From: Octopus bimaculoides
Taxonomy: Eukaryota
NCBI RefSeq assembly: GCF_001194135.2
Contig: NC_068989.1
Span: forward strand, 82,271,737 to 82,328,401
Length of the DNA: 56,665 nt
Direction of reading: 5' to 3'
The notes under the pieces are model-generated. The model saw only the letters and a list, made by a program, of their open reading frames with translations, ran no database searches and was not told where the DNA came from. Every line of letters begins with the position of its first letter. Positions within the stretch are counted from its first letter, which is position 1. Below are positions 1 through 12,764 of this stretch, piece by piece. The position numbers were made by a program, and so were the translations under genes.

Positions 1-142
1 CGACCCCAGGACTTATTCTTTGTAAGCCTAGTACTTATTCTATCGGTCTCTTTTGCCGAACCGCTAAGTTACAGGGACGTAAACACACCAGCATCAGTTG
101 TCAAGCGATGTTGGGGGGACAAACACAAACACACAAACATAT

Positions 143-178
<36 letters not shown>

Positions 179-349
179 ATATATACGACGGGCTTCTTTT
201 AGTTTCCATCTACCAAATCCACTCACAAGGCTTTGGTTGGCTCGAAGCTATAATAGAAGACACTTGCCTAAGGTGCCACACAGTGGGACTGAACCCGGAA
301 CCATGTGGTTGGTAAGCAAGCTACTTACTACACAGCCACACCTGCGCCT
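1..349 (-). mobile_element. SINE family A (tRNA head + CORE-like segment + internal (TA)n/(CA)n + 3' body); 3' end cut by the window edge
   Basis: The minus strand reads AGGCGCAGG.GTGGCTGTGT.GT (A box), GGTTCAGTCCC (B box), CACCTT.GGCAAGTGTCTT (CORE-like), then a microsatellite and the body shared with about 20 other copies here. Confidence 0.9.
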
Positions 350-357
350 ATATAAAG

Positions 358-464
358 CAAAATTTTTTCAGGGACCATTAAAATACTACTGTGGATTTCC
401 AGTTTATTACTTTACTTCTGGGCCCCACCAAAACCGTATATGGGCCCCAATTAAGAACCATTGA
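358..464. mobile_element. hAT/Charlie-like MITE end fragment
   Basis: Ends ...GGGCCCCAATTAAGAACCATTG, a reverse-complement near match to the CAGTGGTTCTCAACCGGGG terminus at 1029. Confidence 0.45.
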
Positions 465-1028
465 ACAAAAGTAATGATGTCATGTTGAAAGGTAACATTA
501 ACAGTCAACCATTGCTCTCATTAACTTTCAATCACCAAACTCCAAACAATGGAGACCAAAGGAGCCCAAAAGCTGAAAATAGATGGAAATCCCAAAGTCT
601 GTTTGACCTTGTATCATATTTACCATGACAAAGTACAGTCTGCTATAAATATAGTAGTTTTAATTAACTGTTATTCACAGAACTGTCATTGATTGATAAT
701 CAACAGACCATGGACTAACTTTTTTTTTTTCTTTATTTTTTTTCTTTACACAACTGCTACAGTTCTCCTGTTACCTATTATGCCTACGGTATTGATATCA
801 GCACTTCCTGCACTAAATATCAGGATCAGACCTTCGTCACAAGGACCATATCTCTTCTTTGAAGGAGCCTAAGACAAGGACCGAACCTCTGTATGACAGT
901 GAGATATGCTTGAAATAACAGCTAGATCTCAGTCAAATATCAAAAATAAAGGAAGGTACATTAGATGATATTATTATGATTATGTTTGAACAAACACAGC
1001 AGGATGGTCATGGTTGGAATACATGAAC

Positions 1029-1131
1029 TCAGTGGTTCTCAACCGGGGTCCATATAAGATTTTCTTGTTCAAATCTATCTGTAATAAATTGGTCATATTT
1101 CTACAATACACAAAATATTTTAACAATTTTT
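1029..1131 (+). mobile_element. hAT/Charlie-like MITE left end, interrupted by SINE A
   Basis: Starts CAGTGGTTCTCAACCGGGG, a typical Charlie-type terminal inverted repeat (TIR). Confidence 0.5.
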
Positions 1132-1332
1132 AGGCATAGGAGTGGCTGTGTGGTAAGTAGCTTGCTTACCAACCACATGGTTCCAGGTTCAGTTCCACTG
1201 TGTGGCACCTTGGGCAAGTGTCTTCTACTATAGCCTCGGGCCGACCAAAGCCTTGTGAGTGGATTTGGTAGACGGAACCTGAAAGAAGACCGTTGTATAT
1301 ATGTATATATATATATGTGTGTGTGTGTGTGT
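1132..1332 (+). mobile_element. SINE family A, 5' half (ends in microsatellite at gap)
   Basis: AGGCATAGGAGTGGCTGTGTGG head, B box and CORE-like segment, then (TA)/(TG)n and N gap. Confidence 0.9.
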
Positions 1333-1995
1333 NNNNNNNNNNNNNNNNNNNNNNNNNNNNNNNNNNNNNNNNNNNNNNNNNNNNNNNNNNNNNNNNNNNN
1401 NNNNNNNNNNNNNNNNNNNNNNNNNNNNNNNNNNNNNNNNNNNNNNNNNNNNNNNNNNNNNNNNNNNNNNNNNNNNNNNNNNNNNNNNNNNNNNNNNNNN
1501 NNNNNNNNNNNNNNNNNNNNNNNNNNNNNNNNNNNNNNNNNNNNNNNNNNNNNNNNNNNNNNNNNNNNNNNNNNNNNNNNNNNNNNNNNNNNNNNNNNNN
1601 NNNNNNNNNNNNNNNNNNNNNNNNNNNNNNNNNNNNNNNNNNNNNNNNNNNNNNNNNNNNNNNNNNNNNNNNNNNNNNNNNNNNNNNNNNNNNNNNNNNN
1701 NNNNNNNNNNNNNNNNNNNNNNNNNNNNNNNNNNNNNNNNNNNNNNNNNNNNNNNNNNNNNNNNNNNNNNNNNNNNNNNNNNNNNNNNNNNNNNNNNNNN
1801 NNNNNNNNNNNNNNNNNNNNNNNNNNNNNNNNNNNNNNNNNNNNNNNNNNNNNNNNNNNNNNNNNNNNNNNNNNNNNNNNNNNNNNNNNNNNNNNNNNNN
1901 NNNNNNNNNNNNNNNNNNNNNNNNNNNNNNNNNNNNNNNNNNNNNNNNNNNNNNNNNNNNNNNNNNNNNNNNNNNNNNNNNNNNNNNNNNNNNNN

Positions 1996-2291
1996 NGTGA
2001 AAACACCTAAAAGCTCCACGAGGCTCCGGCAGGGGATGGTGGCGAACCCTGCTGTACTCTTCCACCACAACTTTCTCTCAATCTTACTTCCTGTTTCTGT
2101 TGTGCCTGTAATTCAAAGGGTCAGCCTTGTCACATTGTGTCACGCTGAATATCCCCGAGAACTACGTTAAGGGTACATGTGTCTGTGGAGTGCTCAGCCA
2201 CTTGCACGCTAATTTCATGAGCAGGCTGTTCCATTGATCGGATCAACTGGAACCCTCGACGTCGTAAGCGACGGAGTGCCAACACCAACTA
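1996..2291 (+). mobile_element. SINE family E1, 5' end lost in gap
   Basis: Near-identical to 39842-40215 from AAACACCTAAAGCTCCACG to CGACGGAGTGCCAAC. Confidence 0.88.
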
Positions 2292-2501
2292 CAAGAGCCA
2301 TGGAGCATTAAAAGGTGTCGAACAGATGGAATATTTAGGGTACTGGTGCTGTTGGTATATTTCTAGAATAAAGGGTGAAGTGCTTGATTGAATAAGGGAG
2401 TGGATTAAGAGTTGATGGTGTTGTGAGCTCACATCTAAGCAAAGGAGTTAGATTGGCTCAAATAAGGCTCAATGATGTAAGGGACATTTAATAACATTAA
2501 C

Positions 2502-2869
2502 AACAAGAGCACCCAGAGAGCGCAAACGTCTGCTAAGGCAGCACCAACGTCCTCTGAACGATTAGCCAGAGATGATTTTTAAAATGAGAATATCGGAAAT
2601 AAACTCGACTGCTCTCACAAACGAGAATACTAAAAATGAACGCGACTGCTCTCAAAACTTAAGTTAAAAAACCAGAAGAATAATCCAGAATCCTTGTCCG
2701 GTACTGGATCAATCCCAAAATCTAATCAGTCTGTGCCAGTCACATGGCCAAACATCCCTGAAAGTTTCATCTGAATCCATCCAGCAGTTCCTGAGATATT
2801 TTGTCCACAGACCAACAAACAAATACGACTGAAAACAATACCTCCGCCTTCACTAAGGCGGAGGTAATA
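2502..2869 (+). mobile_element. Helentron-associated non-autonomous element (HINE/DINE-1-like)
   Basis: 5' AACAAGAGCACCCAGAGAGCGCAAACGTCTGCTAAGG; 3' perfect 12-bp hairpin TACCTCCGCCTT-cact-AAGGCGGAGGTA (2839-2866) preceded by a CAAA-type repeat. Confidence 0.7.
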
Positions 2870-2939
2870 ATGAAATAGTAACATATCTGTATGACTCCTA
2901 CTCATAACCTCCCATGCCTAGAGACTTACTCACACCCAG

Positions 2940-3351
2940 GGTACGTCTGTCATGGTACAATCTCAACACATAGACTATAATACTTTACATTAGCACAAAA
3001 CTATGAAATTTCTGAGTGAGTTGTACAGTCAACTGAATGAACTCACGTAGATGACTGATGCTTGTTTTTGTTTAGCACCAGGTCAACCTTGATTGAACAG
3101 GCTTATAACAAAAGTTGTTCCAGCTTCTAGGAGCCTTCGTGGACGACACTATGATCCTTTCCACAAAGGAGCATGAAACATGCAGGATGCTGAAAGAGTC
3201 GGACGTGGTAGTTGCCTCTTCCAGAACAAGGTTCAAACCAAAGAAATCCCAGAGCCTCTCTCTGCGGAAAGAGAAATTGGTGGAAACAGTTGTGTTCACA
3301 GCAGTCAACCAAAATATCCCAACAGTGGCAAAGGAACCAGCTGAAAGATAG
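2940..3351 (+). pseudogene. Degenerate non-LTR retrotransposon RT fragment (HERO/R2-like, RLE group)
   Basis: ORF 3115-3351 has AFVDD and ...SRTRFKPKKSQSLSLRKEKLV..., resembling the AFMDD...WARMxFKPxKSRSLVLKKG signature recalled for HERO-type RTs; a decayed GxTIS-like motif lies near 2950. Confidence 0.6.
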
Positions 3352-3396
3352 GCAAAGGGAAACCGAAACCTTACCACTAGAATTCACCATCTAATG

Positions 3397-3661
3397 CAGT
3401 GGTTTCCAAAGTGGGCACTATTGCCCCCCTGGGGGTGGTGGAAAGCTCCAAGGGGGTGTTGAAGAAAAGTGGGGCGATAATGGGGTAGCGATTCGTGTAT
3501 AAAGTGGGTTCATTAGGTTAAGTTTTATTTGTGAAATACAGTTGCTTTCAATTTGCTTCAGAAAGGGGTCTATGTTTGTGAAGGTTAGTTGGGGTGGGGG
3601 CACTAGGAATGTGGCCTGGGTGTCAAGGGGGTGGCAGTCTGAAAAAGTTTGGGAACCACCG
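3397..3661 (+). mobile_element. hAT/Charlie-like MITE (about 265 bp)
   Basis: TIRs CAGTGGTTTCCAAAGT and AGTTTGGGAACCACCG; decayed 8-bp target-site duplication (TSD) ATCTAATG / ACCTAATT. Confidence 0.8.
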
Positions 3662-3668
3662 ACCTAAT

Positions 3669-4042
3669 TCTTTTACTCTTTTATTTGTTTCAGTCATTTG
3701 ACTGTGGCCATGCTGGAGCACCGCCTTTAGTTGGACAAATTGACCCCAGGACTTATTCTTTGTAAGCCTAGTACTCTATCAGTATCTTTTGCTGAACTGC
3801 TAAGCTACTGGGATGTAAACCCACCAACATCGGTTGTCAAGTGATGTTCGGTGGGACAAACACAAACACACACACATATACGATGGGCTTCTTTCAGTTT
3901 CCATCTACCAAATCTACTCACAAAGCTTTGGTCAGTCTGAGGCTATAGTGGAAAACACTTGCCCTAGGTGCCATGCAGTGGGACTGAACCCAGAACCATG
4001 TGGTTGGTAAGCAAGCTATTTACCACAGAGCCACTCCTGCAC
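3669..4042 (-). mobile_element. SINE family A, full length, CpG-decayed
   Basis: Head, microsatellite, body and AAAAGAGT tail are all present. Confidence 0.9.
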
Positions 4043-4689
4043 CAGTGTCCCTTTTTTCCAAATTTCAGAGTATCATTCAAGACATATTTGGCTGCTATTT
4101 TTAGGTCAAGTACCAACACAGAGCCACCTTGTTGGCTGGCATCTGTAGTACTGTGTGCAAGAGGAAAGATGTCAAAATCAAATCTGCAGGATCAGAGCTG
4201 TTTACATGTGGCTAAACTGACCTGTGGTTAAACAACAACATAAATAACTATAAATTGATTTTTAATTTCAGTCAAAGGGCCCCCTAACTAAAGTCATTTA
4301 GTCTGGATAAAATATCTGCACTTAATGTAACTCAGTGCAACAGCTGCACTGTGAAGGGTAGATCTAGTATGCATCAACAGAGAGTGGCCAACAGCTTGCT
4401 AGACAGAGAACTTATGTAAAGGACACAGTTGCTAGGGAACATCAGCTGTCAAGGACAGGTCAGTAGACTGAATATCAACCAGAGATGGTTGTGTGGTAAG
4501 TAGAAGGTTAATCAAAGTAGATACAGCTGATAGAGTAGTGTTATATCTCCAAGATCTGAAGATCTAAGAGATTACAAGTCCTCTACATAGGAGAGCTTCT
4601 ATCATGTTTCTTTACTGCTGCTAATCTAATCTTATTCCCAAGAATAGAACATTACAATGTTTCTTATGTGAACTGTCTACACGTACATA

Positions 4690-5368
<679 letters not shown>

Positions 5369-5524
5369 TTTAATGGAATGATATGTCTTTAGCAGGCCTA
5401 TAGCTTTCTGGAGTTTTATAACTGGAAACGACAAATACACTGACCCCTGCTAGCCATCCTCTTAAGAGAACCAGTTCCCACCCAGATGCTGCCAAGGGGT
5501 TAGTATTGTTGTTGTTGATGCTGT

Positions 5525-5735
5525 CTGACCCTTTAGCATCCATATTATTCTGTCACATTTAATGCGTATTTATTAACATTGCTTTTTCCTGTAGTTTTAA
5601 GATTTCAATGATGTGATTGTTTATTTCTAGAATGACATTGTATGGTAAGTGTAAGAGGGTAGAGCTGCTGTTTTGAAGATAAAACAGGTAGAATATTTGG
5701 GGTGGATATGGCCAGTTTAAATGCTAAAGGGCTAA
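5525..5735 (-). mobile_element. piggyBac-like MITE family P1
   Basis: Perfect 11-bp TIR CCCTTTAGCAT (5529-5539) / ATGCTAAAGGG (5721-5731) with TTAA-like flanks; homologous to 14192 and 26408. Confidence 0.8.
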
Positions 5736-6069
5736 CCCTAGATCATCCATCCAGCAGATTAACGATAAAATACTTTATGATCTTTTGTTTATCAATTCGT
5801 TTTGCAAGATCCCTGATTTGAAATCATGTGTTGAAACAGATATTGTTGTACTTTGAGATGGTCATTTAATTTATTATTATCATTTTTTGTTTATATTTGG
5901 ATATTTTAAATTAACTCCATGAACTTTATAAAAAATCTCTGAAGAGGCCTAGAGAATCATCCATGTACCTCTATTTCATCCATTTCATCTATCAATTACT
6001 TCAGCCTACTGGAGTTATATAGATAGAATGAGGCATGTCACCCCTAGACTGAAACAGCTGTAAGTCATT

Positions 6070-6253
6070 GTCCCATTGTCCCCCGAAATTTTGGGGGAGG
6101 GCTCCAGACGATTAGATCGACCCCAGTTCGCAACTTGTACTTAATTTATCAACCCTGAAAGGATGAAAAGCAAAGTGAACCTCGGTGGAATTTGAACTCA
6201 GAATGCTAAGCATTTCACTTGGTGTGCTAACGTTTCTGCCAGCTCGCCGCCTT
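6070..6253 (-). mobile_element. SINE family B
   Basis: Minus strand GGCGGCGAGCTGGCAGAAACGTTAGC...CTGAGTTCAAATTCC...CTTTCATCCTTTC.GGGT.GATAAATTAAGTAC. Confidence 0.85.
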
Positions 6254-6544
6254 ATAGAACGTTATTATTGTTGAACCTCAAGGTCAGCTTTGACTGAGGA
6301 GATCTATGACTGAAGGCAATTCAACCATGACCCACCATGATTACCTTATCTAAAGAGTCATTTTTATTTAAGATGGTAAAGTGTGAATTAAGGAAAACTT
6401 GGCTGCTGTTTCTAGTAGGTTAAGTGACCATGTAGAAGCAGATTCCCGTGCAAGTTCAACATGTAAGTAGGTAGTATGGTGGCAAGATTTCTCATCACTG
6501 GATTAGGGAACCATTAGTTTGCATTGCTGAGTTCAAATTCTTGG

Positions 6545-6790
6545 CAACGGCCACACCATTTTGAGCGTGGCCGTTGCCAGTACCGCCTGACTGGCCTTCG
6601 TGCGGGTGACACGTAAAAGCACCCACTACACTCTCTGAGTGGTTGGCGTTAGGAAGGGCATCCAGCTGTAGAAACTCTGCCAAATCAGACTGGAGCCTGG
6701 TGTAGCCATCTGGTTTCACCAGTCCTCAGTCAAATCGTCCAACCCATGCTAGCATGGAAAGCAGACGTTAAACGACGACAACAACAACTG
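6545..6790 (+). mobile_element. Family C retroposon (5'-truncated; RTE-type tail)
   Basis: GGTTGGCGTTAGGAAGGGCATCCAGCTGTAGAAA...CATGCTAGCATGGAAAGCAGACGTTAAACGACGACAAC. Confidence 0.85.
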
Positions 6791-6899
6791 GTGTCCTGTC
6801 TAAGATTAGAAGTGTTCATCCAAAACTACACACACACACACAACACACATTTATGTAGAGTGTGCGTGTTTGTGTATGTGTGTGTGTGTGTGTGTGTGT

Positions 6900-7095
6900 G
6901 CATGCATCTGCCTCTCTCTCTCTCTCTCTCTTCCTGTAGTCTTGACATTGCTTGCATTCTATGTAAACAATGTTACTGTATAGACAGATTTATCGTTTAC
7001 ATCTGCTGCCAGAACCTGTCCAGTTATTTGTAGTTTGAAAGACCAGGGGAAATAGGAGCACATTTGGGAAGAAATGAGGGTTGGTGACAGGAAGC
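6900..7095 (+). mobile_element. SINE family D body fragment
   Basis: Follows a (TG)/(TC) microsatellite; ends GAGGGTTGGTGACAGGAAG; similar to 15900-16125. Confidence 0.5.
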
Positions 7096-7261
7096 TTAAC
7101 TGGCTGGAGAAAAATTTCCTTGCTTGACACATTCTAGTATAGAAAATTTAGACATTATAGCAATGATATATATATATATATAAATGCAAAATTGGACAAG
7201 AATGCAAAACATCCGGACAGTTAGGTGATACAAAAAAGGGACAACAAAACATATAGATAGA

Positions 7262-8220
7262 TGATACAAAGAAAACAAGGACGGGTCATTCAGAGTTTTC
7301 TTTCCTCAGTCGAGTTCCAGATTATCTTTGCAATTTCAGCTGGTTATACTCGAGATTACTCCAATCTGGAACCAACAGGAACGAACGGGCTAATCTGTTC
7401 TGGAGGATTTTCCGGTTGGGAACTATCATGGATAATTTCCAGATGTCCTTGGCTTGGCAGTGATACCAGTTCGAGACAAGCTCTACAGGTATGGATGCAC
7501 TGTCAGATGGACTTGTCCGAGGTGTACACAGTGACGAAACCATTCTGCACGCCCTCGTTCAGTGTCCAGGCATTGCTGACTTGTGGGGTTATGTTGAACA
7601 GCTACTGTCATGTGTAGGACAGATCTGTCTGTTGGCCAAATCTGTAGTGATGATTGCACTGCCACCTTCCTTCAATCAGGTAGGCAAAGCAGTTTTCCTT
7701 TGCCTGGTGGCTGTTGCGAAAAAAGTTGTTTGGTGGACAAGGCTGAAAGGCACGAGGACAGATACATTCCTCTTTGGAAGAGCTCTCATTGACTTTTTCA
7801 AGTTTCACTTGAAAAGGAAATTGAGTGTGGAGAGGAAAGTGCTGTCCTCGAGTGAATTTATCGAAAAGTGGGTGAAAGCTGCAAAAATGGCAACTGGATG
7901 GTACCTCTCTAAGTGGAGACCTGTGAATTGGAGAGGGCACTTGCTCATACTATTTCAGGGAAATCTTAGACAGTAGGATTCCTCTATAATCCCTAGAAGT
8001 ATTCCTGTATCAGGAGAGCCACATCTCTATCATCCTCCCCACCACTTACTTTTTTTTTTTGTACCTCTGACTGCTATGCATATATCTCTTCTTTCCCTGT
8101 GTATACCGTGTATAGTTTTTTTTTATCTATCATTTCATTATTATACGTAAACCCACACACTTTATGTCTGTCTCTGTATTGTCCCCCTCATCTTTCGCCC
8201 TCATGGCAAATAAATGAGAC
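7262..8220 (+). pseudogene. 5'-truncated Tx1/L1-like LINE: ORF2 C-terminus (zf-RVT-like CCHC) plus 3' UTR
   Basis: Frameshifted ...SLAWQ..PVRDKLYR..CPRC../ETILHALVQCP..LW..VE...; stop at 7976; AATAAA at 8209-8214 followed by (ATT)n. Confidence 0.8.
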
Positions 8221-8261
8221 CATTATTATAATTATTATTATTATTATTATCATCATTATTG

Positions 8262-8493
8262 ATAGAGTGACAAGCTGGTAGAATTGTTAGCATGCTGGAG
8301 AAAATTCTAAACAGCATTTCATCTGTCTTTACATTATGAGCCCAAATTCCCCTGAGGTCAACTTAACCTTTCATTCTTTCAGAATCATTGAAATAAGCAC
8401 CATTCAAGCACTGTAATTGATTATTCTTCCCCGACTCCACAAATTTCAGGCCTGGTGCCCATAGTAGAAAGGATCATTATCATTATCATTATC

Positions 8494-8536
<43 letters not shown>

Positions 8537-8617
8537 ATATCATCATCATTATTATTATTATTATTAATATTATTATTATTAATATTATTATTATTATTAT
8601 TATCATTATTATTATTA

Positions 8618-8654
<37 letters not shown>

Positions 8655-8707
8655 CATCATTATTATCATTATTATTATCATTATTATCATTATTATTATC
8701 ATTATTA

Positions 8708-8750
<43 letters not shown>

Positions 8751-8753
8751 CAT
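8262..8753 (+). mobile_element. SINE family B with expanded (ATT/ATC)n tail
   Basis: Diverged head and central domain, then CCTGGTGCCCATAGTAGAAAGG followed by about 280 bp of trinucleotide repeat running into the gap. Confidence 0.8.
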
Positions 8754-9546
8754 NNNNNNNNNNNNNNNNNNNNNNNNNNNNNNNNNNNNNNNNNNNNNNN
8801 NNNNNNNNNNNNNNNNNNNNNNNNNNNNNNNNNNNNNNNNNNNNNNNNNNNNNNNNNNNNNNNNNNNNNNNNNNNNNNNNNNNNNNNNNNNNNNNNNNNN
8901 NNNNNNNNNNNNNNNNNNNNNNNNNNNNNNNNNNNNNNNNNNNNNNNNNNNNNNNNNNNNNNNNNNNNNNNNNNNNNNNNNNNNNNNNNNNNNNNNNNNN
9001 NNNNNNNNNNNNNNNNNNNNNNNNNNNNNNNNNNNNNNNNNNNNNNNNNNNNNNNNNNNNNNNNNNNNNNNNNNNNNNNNNNNNNNNNNNNNNNNNNNNN
9101 NNNNNNNNNNNNNNNNNNNNNNNNNNNNNNNNNNNNNNNNNNNNNNNNNNNNNNNNNNNNNNNNNNNNNNNNNNNNNNNNNNNNNNNNNNNNNNNNNNNN
9201 NNNNNNNNNNNNNNNNNNNNNNNNNNNNNNNNNNNNNNNNNNNNNNNNNNNNNNNNNNNNNNNNNNNNNNNNNNNNNNNNNNNNNNNNNNNNNNNNNNNN
9301 NNNNNNNNNNNNNNNNNNNNNNNNNNNNNNNNNNNNNNNNNNNNNNNNNNNNNNNNNNNNNNNNNNNNNNNNNNNNNNNNNNNNNNNNNNNNNNNNNNNN
9401 NNNNNNNNNNNNNNNNNNNNNNNNNNNNNNNNNNNNNNNNNNNNNNNNNNNNNNNNNNNNNNNNNNNNNNNNNNNNNNNNNNNNNNNNNNNNNNNNNNNN
9501 NNNNNNNNNNNNNNNNNNNNNNNNNNNNNNNNNNNNNNNNNNNNNN

Positions 9547-9667
9547 TGGGGTCGATAAATTAAGTACCAGTGAAACACTGGGGTCAATGTAATTGACTAG
9601 TCCCCTCCCCCCAAATTTCAAGGCCTTGAGCCTTCAGTAGAAAGGATTATTATTATTATTATGATTA
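9547..9667 (+). mobile_element. SINE family B, 3' half
   Basis: GGGGTCGATAAATTAAGTACC...AGTAGAAAGGATTATTATT. Confidence 0.85.
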
Positions 9668-9860
9668 TTATCATCAAGCACCCACCACACTCTCGGAGTG
9701 GTTGGCGTTAGGAAGGGCATCCAGCTGTAGAAACTCTGCCAAATCAGATTGGAGCCTGGTGTTGCCATCCGGTTTCACCAGTCCTCAGTCAAATCGTCCA
9801 ACCCATGCTACCATGGAAAGCGGACGTTAAACGATGATGATGATCATCATCATCATCATT
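9668..9860 (+). mobile_element. Family C 3' fragment inserted in the (ATT/ATC)n tail of SINE B
   Basis: AAGCACCCACCACACTCTCGGAGTGG...GGACGTTAAACGATGATGAT. Confidence 0.88.
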
Positions 9861-10059
9861 ATCTGTTATCTCCATCAGTTCCCCCCATGCAGGTTCGTTA
9901 CGAGAGTGATGGTGAGAGTAGTTAAAACTGACTCAAGTGTCATCCTGCAGGTTCAAGTGGTAAACAGCATTGGAGATGTTATGCATCATGTACAAATACA
10001 GACCTTCCTTGCTGTTGTGTCGATCAACTCTGATTTAGCGCACACACTCACAGACTCAC

Positions 10060-10086
10060 AGGGCGATGATCAAAAGCATTTTTAAG
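10060..10086 (-). CDS. Candidate 27-nt exon of a hypothetical minus-strand gene (LKNAFDHRP)
   Basis: Acceptor TTGTTTATAG, donor CCT|GTGAGT, phase 0-0; no recognised homology. Confidence 0.25.
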
Positions 10087-10249
10087 CTATAAACAAGCTG
10101 TTTTTTTTCTCATTTCAAGACATAGTTATTCAAGTGCAACAATACTGTGGCCTTCCTTATTTAAGATAATAGAGTAGGATTTAAGGAAGATATAGATTAT
10201 ACTTCTAGCAACACAAGCCAACTACACAGAATTTCCCCCTCTCTGGTTC

Positions 10250-10832
10250 CTATGCGTGGATATACAGTTGTGTGTATATGGTAATGTGATTGTGAATGTA
10301 TGTATGTGTGTGTGTGTGTGCGTTTATATGCATAAGTGTATACTTGTATGTGATATATGGTTGTGAATGTGTGTGTGTATGAGTGTACAAATGCGTATGT
10401 ATGTATGTATTATAGTTATGAATATGAGTGTATATATGTATGCATGTATAATGTATGCATGCATAATGTGAATATGTGTATGTATGAGCATCTGTATGCA
10501 TGTGTGTGTATGTATGCTGTATAGTTGTGAATGTGTGTGCAAGTGAGTGTGCATATATCTATGTATGAGTGTATATATGTATATGTGTGTATGTATGTAT
10601 ATATGTGTATGTACGAATGTATGTTATCTGGTTGTGAATATCTGTATGTATGTATGGTATAAGTTTGTGAATGTATGATATATGGCGGTAAATGTATGTG
10701 TGTATGTATGTATATGTGTGTATGTACGAATGTATGTTATATGGTTGTGAATATGTGTATATGTATATATATATATGCATGTTTGAATGTATGTATGATA
10801 TAAGTTTGTGAATGTATGATATATGGCAGTAA

Positions 10833-10882
<50 letters not shown>
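10250..10882. repeat. Compound TA/TG microsatellite with internal higher-order duplications
   Basis: GTATGTACGAATGTATGTTAT.TGGTTGTGAATAT and ATAAGTTTGTGAATGTATGATATATGGC each occur twice, roughly 110-140 bp apart. Confidence 0.9.
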
Positions 10883-10884
<2 letters not shown>

Positions 10885-11120
10885 AATATATATTTAGTCT
10901 ACCAGTTCTACTGTGACACTTAGGAAAGAAAAAGCAACTGAATGCCAGCAGATAAAGAAGACATTTCCTCAAGTTGCTGAACTCTGTATTAGTGTTGTTG
11001 TAGCATTTGTTCCATTCAGATGACCAATGTATTGCAGTAAGATAAATATATACTTTACAGTGGGCAGGGAACTGTTTCATCAAAGGTTAAAGTCTATTCT
11101 TAAAAACACAATGATCTCAC

Positions 11121-11210
11121 TGACACAGAAGTCTCCAGAAATAACCAAATGACCAATACATCTGCTATCACAGTCTCTTTCTCTTCTCCGAAATAATTAG
11201 CAACAGTTAC
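11121..11210 (-). CDS. Candidate 90-nt exon (VTVANYFGEEKETVIADVLVIWLFLETSVS)
   Basis: Acceptor GTTTTATCAG, donor TCA|GTGAGA, open frame, phase 0-0; no recognised homology. Confidence 0.3.
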
Positions 11211-11274
11211 CTGATAAAACATTCACATATACATATGTACATACATATACATATGTATATATGTGTGTGTTTTT

Positions 11275-11637
11275 TTTAATTGTTTCAGTCATTAAACTGT
11301 GGCCACGTTGGGGAATTGCCTTGAAGAATTTTAATTGAATGAATTGGCACCATTATATTTTTTTTAATCCTGGTAAATTATTTTATTGGTTACTTTGGCT
11401 GAACTGCTAAGTCATGGGGATGTAAATATATCAACACCGGTTGTCAAGCAGTAGTAGGAAACAAACAAACACACACACACACACATATAAGATTCTTTCA
11501 GTTTCTGTCTACCAAATCCATTCGCAAGACTTTGGTCAGCCCAAGGACATGGTAGAAGATACTTGCTCAAGGTTCCATAAGTGGGACTGAGCCCAGGACC
11601 ATGTGGTTAGGAAGTAAACGTCTTACCACACAGCCAG
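11275..11637 (-). mobile_element. SINE family A, older subfamily
   Basis: Diverged but colinear with the other A copies. Confidence 0.85.
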
Positions 11638-11727
11638 GCTTGATGTATACATACGTGTGTGTGTGTTTGTATAGAACATGTGGTGTAGCTGTTTGTATGT
11701 CACACACAAATAATGTATCTTTTTTTT

Positions 11728-12509
11728 TTACTCTTTTACTTGTTTCAGTCATTTGACTGCGGCCATGCTGGAGCACCACCTTTAGTCGAGCAAATCGACC
11801 CCAGGACTTAATCTTTGTAAGCCTAGTACTTATTCTATCAGTATTTTTTGCCGAACCACTAAGTTATGGGGACGTAAACACACCACCATCGGTTGTCAAG
11901 CGATGTTGGGGGGATAAACACAGACATACAAACATACATATATATATATATCATCATCATCATCATCATCATCGTTTAACGTCCGCTTTCCATGCTAGCA
12001 TGGGTTGGACGATTTGACTGAGGACTGGTGAAANNNNNNNNNNNNNNNNNNNNNNNNNNNNNNNNNNNNNNNNNNNNNNNNNNNNNNNNNNNNNNNNNNN
12101 NNNNNNNNNNNNNNNNNNNNNNNNNNNNNNNNNNNNTAGTGGGTGCTTTTACGTGTCACCCGCACGAAAACGGCCACGCTCGAAATGGTGTCTTTTATGT
12201 GCCACCCGCACAAGCCAGTCCAGGGGCACTGGCAACGATCTCGCTCGAAAATCCTACAGGAGCCAGTCAGGCGGTACTGGCAACGGCCACGCTCAAAATG
12301 GTGCATCTCATGTGCCACCCGCACAAGAACCAGTCCATATATATACACAACAGGCTTCTTTCAGTTTCCGTCTACCAAATCCACTCACAAGGCTTTGGTC
12401 GGCCTGAGGTTATAATAGAAGACACTTGTCCAAGATGCCACGCAGTGGGACCGACCCTAGAACCATGTGGTTGGTAAGCAAGCTACTTACCACAAAGCCA
12501 CTCCTGCAC
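11728..12509 (-). mobile_element. SINE family A host carrying a nested family C insert
   Basis: A 3' body at 11728-11950, A head at 12337-12509. Confidence 0.9.
11951..12336 (-). mobile_element. Family C inserted in the (TA)n of SINE A, same orientation
   Basis: (GAT)n tail at 11951-11975; internal repeats; 5' end abuts TATATAT. Confidence 0.88.
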
Positions 12510-12557
12510 ATAATAATGTATGTACATTATTATTATTTATAGTAGTAGTAGTAGTAG

Positions 12558-12764
12558 TAAACCTTTTGTTACTATATTTCTGTTGGAATAAACTGTCTTG
12601 AAGAAGTTCGTCAAATAATTTTGTCATTACTGAAGCTGGTGTTTGAATCATAAAATAGCAAGAAATTTTGATGGAAGGTTTTAATTGAAATCACTTTAAA
12701 ATAGAAAGTCTGTAATTATAAAACCAGGTGTGGTCTCAGGTGAGTTGGCATTAAAATGGGTTAA
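12558..12764 (+). mobile_element. piggyBac-like MITE family P2
   Basis: TAAACCTTTTG... and ...AAAATGGGTTAA termini; about 205 bp. Confidence 0.55.

Noticed and set aside
108-464. Recurrent peptide ...[20 protein letters not shown]... in many ORFs
   Set aside because: Translation of SINE A; multicopy with frameshifts, not a gene family
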